Source: a virus
Lineage: Duplodnaviria; Caudoviricetes
Virus record (IMG/VR): IMGVR_UViG_3300044492_000094
Coordinates: 1 to 35,611 of that record
Length of the DNA: 35,611 bases
Direction: 5' to 3' (one strand)
The position numbers and the translations under genes are program-made. Positions 15,101-22,088 of this stretch are shown here, piece by piece. The notes under the pieces were generated by a model. It was not told the origin of the DNA. It was given only the letters and a program-made list of their open reading frames with translations, and searched no databases. Position 1 is the first letter of the stretch; each line of letters begins with the position of its first letter.

Positions 15101-18100
15101 CGGTATCGCCCATGCCCTCGAGCCACTCGAGCAGGCCCATGCTGGTGATCTCGTCGATCTTGACGCCGGGCAGCAGCGGGCGCGGCTGGACCTGCTTGGT
15201 CTCGAACATCGGCTGGCCCTGCTCGTCGAGCTTGGGGACCTGCCGCCGCTTGATCTTGGGGTTGCCCTCCTTGTCGAAGCCCGGCTCCTCGATCTCGTCG
15301 CGGATCGCGACCTTGCGGGTAGTGCCCGGTTCGAGGATCGCAGCACTCCACTGCGCGCCGGTCATCGCCTCGGCGGGGTGGCTCTCGATCGCGCGCTCGA
15401 GCGGCGAGAAGAACCCGGTCGCCTCCTGATAGAGGATGTCGGGATTGGTCGGGCTGAACGCGCCGGTGTTGGCGATCGCCGATTTGATCTGCTCGGGGTA
15501 GAACGCGACATAGCTGTCGGTCGCCTCGCCGTCGGGGCCGACCTCGCCGATATTCTTGTAGACCAGCCCGTCGTGCCCCGCCGCCTTGGCCTGCGCCACC
15601 ACCTCGCGCCAGCGGTGGTCCTCGTCCTCGAGGAAGTCGCGGACCCGCATCGGGTTCTGGATGCTGAGATAGACCGGGTAGGTGACGGGGGTCTGATCAG
15701 CGGCGCGGGGTTCGCGCCCGGTGCGGAAGGCGTCGGACAGCCCGGCCTTGCCCTCTACCCGTATTGCGGCCTGCTCGGCGGTTCCGAAGTGGCTGTTGGG
15801 GTTGAACTCGCTGAAGTCGGCGAGGGAGCCGTGGTAGACGACGAGGGGCTGGCCTTGGTCGTCGGTGACCTTGGAGTTGCCGAACCACGCCTTGAACTCG
15901 GGGCTGTCGGTTTGACCCGTGGCGGCTCCTCGGGTGCCGGTTTGGGCTGCGCCGGTCGCGCCCTGCGCGAGCGTCTCGCCGCCATCCGTTGTGCCACCAG
16001 CAGGTCCTGTTCGCCCTGCGCCTCCCACGTCTGGTCCTCCGCGTCCAGCAGGTCCCAGTCGATTGTCGACAAGTCGTCGCGCAGCGTTGGCGTAATCTGG
16101 GGCTTCGTCGTCTTCATAGGGTGGGACCCCCTCGCCCTCGGGTTTCTTCGCCGCCTCGTAGAGCAGCTTCTCGGGATACCAGATCAGCGCCTGAAGGTCA
16201 GCCATCGTCAGGCTTTCCATGCCCGGCTGCTGGCGCAGCTTCTCGAGGCCGCGTGTAAACACCTTGCGCAGGAAGGCGCGCTCGTTGGCACCGGCGGGCT
16301 GCTCGACCTGACCGTCGAGATATTTGGCAAGCCCGTTGCCGAGCGTCCGCATCGTCTCGCCGCCCTCGAGCTTGTTGATCGCCGCGCGCCAGCCCTTGTC
16401 CTGCGAGCGCTTGGCGGTCTCGACCGCGAGCGCGTCGACCTCGGCGGCGGTCATCCGCGAGCCGAGCTTGACCTCGCTGCCCTCGAACATCTTGCGCAAT
16501 ATGTTGCGCTCGGCAGGGGTCAAGGTCGCGATGTGCGCCTTGATCTGGCCGCGCTTGGTGCCGATCATCTCCTCGTTGCGCTCGATCAGCGTGCCGCGCC
16601 AGCGGCCCACCGAGCGGACCAGCCAGCGGTCCATCGTCAGCCCGTCGAAATGCCCGTAGAGGTTCGAGAAGAAGCCGTTGCCGATCTTGGGTCCGAGGAT
16701 CGCGGCGCCGCGCACGATCGTGTTCTTGCCCTCGCCCGACACCTTGAGCCCCGACATCTTCTCGATGTCGCGCACCGTGTGCTGCGAGACCATGAAGTCG
16801 CGCAGCGCCTGCCACGATCCGAAATGCTCGATCATCTCGATGTACAGGCCGAGCCCCTCGTTGATCTTCTGCGCCGCCTCGCCGATCCCGATGTCCTCGG
16901 GGAAGTTGCCGTTGCCCGCCTTCCACGCCTCGTAGGCGGTGTTCGCCAGTTCGAAGTTCTTGTTCACCTTCAGCCCGTTGGAGGTCACCGCGAGCGCCCA
17001 TGTGAAGGCGAACTCGGCCTCGCTGCCGGGGACAAGCTCGGGGTGCAGCCGCTGCAGTTCGTTCTTCGCGGCGGTCACCGCCCGGTCGTACCAGCCGATC
17101 GCGTTCGAATTGTCCTGCACCGCCTCGACCGCGTCCTCGAACAGGAAGTCGGCGAGCCGGTCGATATTCTCGGGATCGAGCGTGGTCAGGTCGATCCCCG
17201 CCGCGCGCTGCGCTGCAAGGCTCATCTCCTGCAGCGCCACCTTGAGGTCGCGCCCGGTCTTGAAGCTGCCCGCCGTCGCCAGCTGCACCGCCTCGGCGAG
17301 GCTGGTTGGCATGTCGACGCCGGTCTCGACGCCGGTGCGGTCGGGCACCCGGCGCACCGCCTTGCCGTCGATCTCGGTCAGGTAGCGCGCGGCGGCGTCG
17401 GGGCTGAGCACGATCTCGCCCTCGCCGAGGTTGCCGATGATCGCCTCGCCGTTGCGGACGAGGTCGAGCAGTTCGCGCGGCGGGATGCGGAAGGTGCCGA
17501 CCACCCCCGGTCGGGTGCTGCGGAACTGCTCGGTCCAGCTGGTGAGCCCCGAGGTCGGGACGCCCCGCCCGCCGCCGTGGTGGAGCGAGGTCCGCATCAG
17601 TTCGGCAAAGTCGAAGGGCCGCTCGTCGGTGACCTCGCCATATTTGGTAAGGTGCTGGTCGTCGTCGGCGACGCGGGTCAGGACGACATTGCCGTCCTCG
17701 TCCATCGTGATCGTGCCGAGGCCGGGGAAGCTGCCGCCCTGCAGGCCGAGGTGCGGCGAATTGGGGTGGCCCCCCGGCACCGCCTCGTTGGACAGCCGTC
17801 CAAGCTCGCGCACCACGTCCTCGGGGGTCATCCGCTCGGACGGCGGTATCGGCGGGCGCGGCGCGTTCTGGCCGAACCGCGCGTGCATCGGCTGCGACTG
17901 GGCATCGGCGGCGCGCTGGACGGTCAGCGGCATCCGCGCATAGAGTTCCTTGGCGGTGATCCCGGCGCGCTCGGCCATCGTCGCGTACATCGCCACGACC
18001 ATGTCGGCCTTGGCCTCCTGCGCCCGCGTGGTGAACTTGCCGGTCGCCGACAGCATGCCCTGCAGATTGGCCTTGATCTCGTCGAGATCGGCGCGGGTCG

Positions 18101-19841
18101 CGTCGTCGGTGCGGGCACGATCGAGCGCGGCGTTGACCTCATCCCGAAAGGCAGTGCCCTCCTCCTGCATGAAGGTGTCGGCCTCGCGCATCGTCATGCC
18201 GAGCGGATCGGTCCTCAGTTCAGGGAGCAGCAGCGTCTCGGCGCCGGTGCCCGCGATCGCGGCGGTGAAGTCGCCGATCGGGATCGCGACGTCCGAGCCG
18301 GTCTGCTCGGCGACCGCGACGTGCGGCGCGATCAGCTGGGCGATCGCCGCCTGCTGCTCGGGCTCGAGGCTGGTCTGGGCGAACGCCTCGGCCAATGTGT
18401 CACGACTGACATAGACCGTCTCGACCGGCGACCCCTCGGCGGCGCTGGCGACGAACTCGGCGAAGCTCGCCGGGTTGCGGGTCTGAAGCTCGGACGCCTG
18501 CGCCAGCTTGAACAGGCTGCCGAGCATGCCTTGGGCGTCGCTGATCTGCCGCGCCTGATCGCGCTGCACCGCCCGGTCGATCGCCTTCGACGCGACATAG
18601 CTGGTCGCGGTCGAGCCGCCGACCATCACCCCGGTGGCGATCGAGGTGATGATCGCGTGCTCGACGATCTCGCCCGCATAGTCGTCGAAGCTCTTGCCCT
18701 TGTTGCGGTCGATCGACACCCACTGGTTGAAGTCCTGACCCAGAGTGGCGAACTGCTCGCCGATCTGCTCGGTCCACATCTGGTCCCAGATGACCTTGCC
18801 CCAGCCCTTCTTGCCGATCACGTCGTCGAGCAGGAACTTCTGCGGCAGGACCTCGGTCCCATACTCGATCACCGCGTCGATCGCCGACTTGTTGAACGCG
18901 CCCGAGAAACCCATCCCCGCTTCGCGCGCCTCGCTGTAGCCGGTCAGCCCGGCGCTGAGCCCGGCGAAGGCGGCGCCTGCCTGCGGGTTGCCGGTCACGA
19001 AGCTGACCGCTGCCGCGCCGATCGTCACCGGCATGCTCTGCGCGCCCGAGTAGATGCCCTTGGCGACGATGCTCTCGCCTTGCGGCGCAGCATTCTTGGC
19101 CCAGTCCCTGACCGCCTGCCGCGCCTTGACGAGGGGCAGGTCCTTGTACGGCACGTCGGGTCCGCCGAGCGCTGACATGACCCCGCGCACCGGCACGATG
19201 AAGTCGGCGAGGTCGGTGACGAACGCGCCGCCGGTGAGCGCCACGTCGCTGATCAGGTTGACCGCGCCGACGCCGAAGTTCTGGGCGATGCCGAGCGCGC
19301 CCTGCGGCCCCATGTCGTAGATGTCCCGCGCCGCCTGCGGCCCCTTGTCGACCAGCCACGCGCCCGCCTTCTGGCCCGCCAGTGCCGCGCCCGCGATCGG
19401 GTTGACCGCCGCCATGCCGTTGAGCAGCCGCTCGACCATGCCGAGATTGGCGGTGTCGTCATGGGCGATCGCGGCATTCTCGGGCTTGGCGAGGTGGCGC
19501 TGCGCGTTGGGCGCCCCCTCGAGATCGCGCTGCGCCTGCTGGACCCGGCTCTGCCGGTCGGCCTCGGCCTGCTGGTTGCGCACCGTCTCGACCGGCAGCC
19601 CGAGCGCCTTGGCCTGCCGCTGGCGCAGGTTCGCCTTGTCGGCATCCTCGCCGCCCCACATCCCGATCGTGCCCGCCGCGACATTGCGCTGGGGCGCGAA
19701 CATGTCGGCGGCGATCGCGTCATAGGGATTGTCGTTCGCCGTCGGCGGGGCGACCGCACCGGGCATCGGCGCGGGGCCGGGCGCCTTTGGTCCCGGCGCC
19801 GCCATGTCGGCGGCGATCGCGTCATAGGGGTTATCCGCCAT
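9117..19841 (-). CDS. Giant internal virion (ejection) protein / large polyvalent protein, 3574 aa
   Basis: Occupies the position of the last ejection protein before the tail fibre; contains ART-like, HhH-like, EEIQSD and HExxH (HESGH, 12777-12791) modules. Confidence 0.9.
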   Translation of the reverse strand: MADNPYDAIAADMAAPGPKAPGPAPMPGAVAPPTANDNPYDAIAADMFAPQRNVAAGTIGMWGGEDADKANLRQRQAKALGLPVETVRNQQAEADRQSRVQQAQRDLEGAPNAQRHLAKPENAAIAHDDTANLGMVERLLNGMAAVNPIAGAALAGQKAGAWLVDKGPQAARDIYDMGPQGALGIAQNFGVGAVNLISDVALTGGAFVTDLADFIVPVRGVMSALGGPDVPYKDLPLVKARQAVRDWAKNAAPQGESIVAKGIYSGAQSMPVTIGAAAVSFVTGNPQAGAAFAGLSAGLTGYSEAREAGMGFSGAFNKSAIDAVIEYGTEVLPQKFLLDDVIGKKGWGKVIWDQMWTEQIGEQFATLGQDFNQWVSIDRNKGKSFDDYAGEIVEHAIITSIATGVMVGGSTATSYVASKAIDRAVQRDQARQISDAQGMLGSLFKLAQASELQTRNPASFAEFVASAAEGSPVETVYVSRDTLAEAFAQTSLEPEQQAAIAQLIAPHVAVAEQTGSDVAIPIGDFTAAIAGTGAETLLLPELRTDPLGMTMREADTFMQEEGTAFRDEVNAALDRARTDDATRADLDEIKANLQGMLSATGKFTTRAQEAKADMVVAMYATMAERAGITAKELYARMPLTVQRAADAQSQPMHARFGQNAPRPPIPPSERMTPEDVVRELGRLSNEAVPGGHPNSPHLGLQGGSFPGLGTITMDEDGNVVLTRVADDDQHLTKYGEVTDERPFDFAELMRTSLHHGGGRGVPTSGLTSWTEQFRSTRPGVVGTFRIPPRELLDLVRNGEAIIGNLGEGEIVLSPDAAARYLTEIDGKAVRRVPDRTGVETGVDMPTSLAEAVQLATAGSFKTGRDLKVALQEMSLAAQRAAGIDLTTLDPENIDRLADFLFEDAVEAVQDNSNAIGWYDRAVTAAKNELQRLHPELVPGSEAEFAFTWALAVTSNGLKVNKNFELANTAYEAWKAGNGNFPEDIGIGEAAQKINEGLGLYIEMIEHFGSWQALRDFMVSQHTVRDIEKMSGLKVSGEGKNTIVRGAAILGPKIGNGFFSNLYGHFDGLTMDRWLVRSVGRWRGTLIERNEEMIGTKRGQIKAHIATLTPAERNILRKMFEGSEVKLGSRMTAAEVDALAVETAKRSQDKGWRAAINKLEGGETMRTLGNGLAKYLDGQVEQPAGANERAFLRKVFTRGLEKLRQQPGMESLTMADLQALIWYPEKLLYEAAKKPEGEGVPPYEDDEAPDYANAARRLVDNRLGPAGRGGPDVGGAGRTGPAGGTTDGGETLAQGATGAAQTGTRGAATGQTDSPEFKAWFGNSKVTDDQGQPLVVYHGSLADFSEFNPNSHFGTAEQAAIRVEGKAGLSDAFRTGREPRAADQTPVTYPVYLSIQNPMRVRDFLEDEDHRWREVVAQAKAAGHDGLVYKNIGEVGPDGEATDSYVAFYPEQIKSAIANTGAFSPTNPDILYQEATGFFSPLERAIESHPAEAMTGAQWSAAILEPGTTRKVAIRDEIEEPGFDKEGNPKIKRRQVPKLDEQGQPMFETKQVQPRPLLPGVKIDEITSMGLLEWLEGMGDTVVQRDELLAFVREGGVQVHEVMLGGVREDTISERVWELQDEWVAQQMEDWEFDDSFVPYPRVVEVPAEEDGGQTYWKVEGSFDLFDSEEAAREQADADHEANVEAEEEEARRSAEEDHRDDVPDFYDQATEELGGAVKFSGWTLEEGFQTGYRELLLTLPEGVGGNPETAFYHPNHYNDQPVIAHIRFNLRKTPDGRDVMFIEEIQSDWHQRGLKKGYNTGRTAEEQARYEQLEAMWPEVQANVQAKAQDLVKAWLDAGAPGAMPGEAERYARNLEYDIAATMPGVFNEKAESIDRNLMADRGGVTYAAVVDEVRAYREAVGYRADVINDLSEMRQKEQDLIPDAPFKASWPTLAMKRAIRWAADNGIETVAWTTGAQQAKRYGLSRAVGSISAEQRDDGRYRVQFGNQYATDFVIDQGFAERVPTSVSFISDLVMSADQLEKAFGPEVAKRVVEGVAETSSDPAKRETALREATEMLDAAIIAKDTYRADLERAWIKQEMAKGDETLSVIENTASGRSIVNLATDLGYHAGATVAEYTDLEGEVFEARARVNDARKGAPFVLADEGLEIGGQGMRGFYDRNLVNMANNLLKPHGAKVEMLKVEGLDPAQQSPEDVAAYKAAAETAKTTRRMLLPLDISLSPSLFEESYAEALLKAEEDVERIKDYMGTETENVSSWAGLLEKAQDKLYLISDKETIKSAVDMHYAATQTMDEIESREVTSPGFTIPPSLKTQAQQGFALFQNPARALGSFQPSTNLITLFDGTNLSTFLHESGHFFLEVLRTLAEDPNAPQQIKDDWAAALKWFGVTADEWRGFTLNEQRPYHEKWARSFEAYLYRGKAPSLETQRLFTTFRGWLVSIYKRVRAIGHVPPKTIRGVFDRMLATDDAIATMEAQRSMLPLFETQAKAGIDPLAWAEYQRQHRDATDDAVRELDARSQTDMRWVDNVFGRELNKLKKLAKIYRKEIRAQVADEVAHEPVYAARLYMTRGELEGQPVEGPTKISIPELEALYGEDTAAVEVVKRALGYGKYGMLSRDNGLHPEQVAELFGFTSADHLIRSVMEAEEMGAKIDGLTEQRMLEQHGELVGDEALRKAAAAAVHNEARSRFVATELNMLSKLAGKPKTLATAAKNFARETIGRLKVRNLTPSTYEAAAARAAKEAARLVRENKLVEAAVEKRNQLINLEMARAAHRTREQVERKVASLRRLSRPGAAKTIDGKALEQIWTLLEAVDLRRSTTLRSIDSANSLATWIEAQRAMGLEPVITPEMAAALGRGTSYKEMTVDELMGLVDAIENIVHLGKLKKKLLTAKKNREIAIAVAAIADTVEANAVSERGVRLEGPRTTWQRATKGWYEFLAMHRKFASLIRQMDGFKDGGVIWEYLVRPANAAGDKEATMRAEATARLAEILKPVITKKVTTIGKTPINQHVFIPEIGGSLSLEGRIAIALNMGNSTNRLRVLEGDGWTQAQLDAVLATLTAEHWGIVQQVWDYVGSYWPQIASKEQRVTGLTPEQVAAEPFTVTTADGVTIDMTGGYYPIKYDPSRSTRAEADNAADIASQMMRGLYSRATTRRGHTKERVASVKRPVRKDLGVVFQHLTEVIHDLAWHEYLIDANRLLGHAKVDAAIRQYYGPEVLKALTSAVTDMAAGEVPAANSWERGVNYLRTGMTVAGMGWSLSTALLQPLGLTQSVKRIGLKWVARGMTRWGSDAQGMERGLKWIHEQSPFMATRAQTMQREISEIQNQITKQGGTISTLQGTFFSMIQKTQMVADIPTWVGQYEKSIDAGEQHDRAVAIADQAVIDAQGGGGIKDLAAIQRGGPLQKLWTNFYSYFSTTYNLAAESVGEARLTGNKSKLAVDAFLLFLLPTLLGYIIRSGLKGDIPDDPEELAKALGLEGVGYLFATMVGLRDVGGAITYGSDAPAGMGALGKVSKFAKQVKQGEVDAALLRSANQLAGTLFHYPASQVQRTVEGAYALAKGKTKNPVALFLGPSQEARTK
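15755..16117 (-). CDS. Putative nested out-of-frame gene inside the giant protein (120 aa, acidic N-terminal half)
   Basis: GAGGGGG 9 nt before ATG; the alternative frame has G/C-ending codons while the main frame switches to A/T-ending codons over about 15900-16117. Confidence 0.5.
   Translation of the reverse strand: MKTTKPQITPTLRDDLSTIDWDLLDAEDQTWEAQGEQDLLVAQRMAARRSRRARPAQPKPAPEEPPRVKPTAPSSRRGSATPRSPTTKASPSSSTTAPSPTSASSTPTATSEPPSRPQYG
19701..19829 (-). repeat. 27-bp direct repeat (19701-19727 and 19803-19829) within two DNPYDAIAADM peptides
   Basis: CATGTCGGCGGCGATCGCGTCATAGGG is present twice at the 5' end of the giant gene. Confidence 0.9.
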
Positions 19842-22086
19842 GCCGCTTCCGATAGGCGTACATCACCTCGGTGGTGTAGGGGTCGCGCCCGAACTGCCGC
19901 TTGAGCGCGCTGACGATCTGGCTCTTCTCGCCGGGTGGTATCTGCGTCGTGAAGCGGGTCGTCGACTGGTAGCGCTCGAGCACCTGCTGCTCGGTCGCGC
20001 CCGGCCCCAGCTGCGCCTCGATCTGGTCGCGGGTGCCGGGGTCCATGTCGTCGTAGGTGACCGCCGCCATCGGCGTGCCAGCGAGGTTCTTGCGCGCGAG
20101 GAAGCCGTCGATCACCTGCGTGATGCCGACGTCGTTGAGCACCCCCTTCTGGCTCTGCTGCTGGAAGGCGATCTCCTTGATGACGGCGGCGCGGATCGCC
20201 CCTGCCCGTGCCTGCATGTCCTTGTCGTTCGTCTTGGCGCTGTCATCGATCCCCATCTCGGCCAGCCGCGCGTCGAGCACCGCGTTGATCGTCGGGTAAT
20301 TGAGGTTGCCGGGGTCGGCCTCGTTGCCGGTCGGCAGCAGCCCGAGCAGCTGGGCGCGGCGCTGCGCGATCGAGTTGAACTGCGGGTGCCCGGCATAGGC
20401 GGCGTAGAACTCGGGGTTCGACAGCCCCTTGAGATAGGGCACATCGGTGATCGCCCGGTTATAGGCCATGTCGTCGGCGACCGGGTCGCGCGCCGTCCCG
20501 GCCCTCGGCCTGATCGCGCTGGCGAAGCTGTACACCTGCGCCAGCCCGGCGGGATCGTTGGCGATAATATTGTTGCGCAGGTTCGCAGGCATCTGGTCGA
20601 CCGTCTTGTGCGGGTTGTTGGCGACCCAGCGCTGGGCCTCCTCGGTCGCGTCGTTCGCCGCCTCGCGCTCGCTCGAGGTGTGGAGCGACCAGCGCGCGGT
20701 GCCCTCGCGCCGGATCGCATCGACATCCTTGGCACTGAGGTTCGGGTTCGCGCGCCGCGCCGCGTCGATCCCGGCGTTGACATACTGCTCGACCGTCGTG
20801 CCGGTGAAGCGCTGGCCCGAGGGCCTCGACCCCGGCTTGCCGTTCGAGTTCGCCCACTCGGTCGGGTTGACCCGCTGGCCGTTGACCTTGACCTCCCAGT
20901 GGAGGTGCGGACCCGTCGAGTTGCCGGTCGAGCCCGACTTGGCGAAGACCTGCCCCGGCTGGACCTCGGCGCCCTTGGGGAGCAGCTGCTCGGACAGGTG
21001 CATGAAGACGTGCTCCGACCCGTCGGCATAGGTGACGTGCATGAAGTTGCCCTGCTTGGCGTCGCGGCCCACCGCCGAGACCTGTCCCGGCAGCTGGGCG
21101 AACACCGGCGAGCCGGTCGGCACCGCCCAGTCCTCGCCGCCGTGGACGTGGCCGGGGCGCGCATCACCATAGTCGCCGGTCTTGACCCCGCCCTCGACCG
21201 GCCTAGCGCCCATTGTGGGCACCACGGAGCCCGTCACGGTGGTGGCACGCCCGTCTAGGCTGTCGAACACCGAGAGCGCCTGATCGGCTCTCCTGCCCTC
21301 TTCCAGCCGCCCCTGAAGGGCATTGCGGATATTGGCATCGAGGCCGGGGCCGTACTTCTCGAACAGCGCGGTGGCGGTGTGCCAGTCGTCCTCGTTCATC
21401 GCCTGCTCGATCGAGGCGCCGATCGACTGCGAGCGGGCCATGATCTTGTCGCTCTCGACCTGACCCTGCCGCCCGGTCACCATGCTGAGCGCGGTGATGT
21501 GCTGGTCGTTCTCGGCGAGCAGCCGCTCGCGCAGCAGGGTGTTGCGCGGGTTGGCCGCGATCTGCTGGTTGTTGAGCTTGATCGCGTCGCTCAGCGTGTC
21601 GGTCTGGTAGACCTTGTACTCCTGCGAGGTGTGGGCATCGACATCGCCGAGGAAGGCGGTGCGGACCTGCGCCGACTGGTCGGCGAACATGCGCCGCTGG
21701 GCGTCGTTGCCGAGCCCCGCCGAGATGTTGTTGATCCGGTCGGTGAGCTTGCCGTCATACTCGACCGAGAGCGGCTTGCCGCTGGGGCGGTCGAGCACCG
21801 ACGCGCCCTTGATATGGGCATAGCCCTCGTCCGGATCATAGGTCAGGTCGAGCGCGGTGCGCCTCGCCTCGTTGGTCGCGGCGAGCACGCGGGTCTTGTT
21901 CGCCTCGTCCAGCTGCTTGGCGTAAAGCTCGGTCGCCGCACTCGCCACCACGCCCGCGTTGCGTGCGCCTTCCTGCACCGTCTTGGCACCGGCGGTGAAC
22001 GCCTCGGTCTCGGGCTCGGGCAGCGACGGCTGGCGCCCGCTCGGAAGCTCGGTGCGGTAGTTCTCGACGGTGGGGACGCGGGCCAT
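19831..22086 (-). CDS. Internal virion protein with M23 peptidoglycan endopeptidase domain (751 aa)
   Basis: HGGED (HxxxD), FMHLS and GSTGNSTGPHLHWEV (HxH) M23 motifs at about 20870-21190; probable start MARVPT at 22086. Confidence 0.85.
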   Translation of the reverse strand: MARVPTVENYRTELPSGRQPSLPEPETEAFTAGAKTVQEGARNAGVVASAATELYAKQLDEANKTRVLAATNEARRTALDLTYDPDEGYAHIKGASVLDRPSGKPLSVEYDGKLTDRINNISAGLGNDAQRRMFADQSAQVRTAFLGDVDAHTSQEYKVYQTDTLSDAIKLNNQQIAANPRNTLLRERLLAENDQHITALSMVTGRQGQVESDKIMARSQSIGASIEQAMNEDDWHTATALFEKYGPGLDANIRNALQGRLEEGRRADQALSVFDSLDGRATTVTGSVVPTMGARPVEGGVKTGDYGDARPGHVHGGEDWAVPTGSPVFAQLPGQVSAVGRDAKQGNFMHVTYADGSEHVFMHLSEQLLPKGAEVQPGQVFAKSGSTGNSTGPHLHWEVKVNGQRVNPTEWANSNGKPGSRPSGQRFTGTTVEQYVNAGIDAARRANPNLSAKDVDAIRREGTARWSLHTSSEREAANDATEEAQRWVANNPHKTVDQMPANLRNNIIANDPAGLAQVYSFASAIRPRAGTARDPVADDMAYNRAITDVPYLKGLSNPEFYAAYAGHPQFNSIAQRRAQLLGLLPTGNEADPGNLNYPTINAVLDARLAEMGIDDSAKTNDKDMQARAGAIRAAVIKEIAFQQQSQKGVLNDVGITQVIDGFLARKNLAGTPMAAVTYDDMDPGTRDQIEAQLGPGATEQQVLERYQSTTRFTTQIPPGEKSQIVSALKRQFGRDPYTTEVMYAYRKRHGG

Positions 22087-22088
22087 GC

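Noticed and set aside
9135-19175. Very long + strand ORFs (9135..13580, 14805..19175) and similar antisense ORFs elsewhere (2277..3821, 7076..9301, 19840..21258, 23816..25822, 30707..32167)
   Set aside because: Antisense shadows of strongly GC3-biased minus-strand genes; Arg/Leu/Val-rich translations without recognisable motifs
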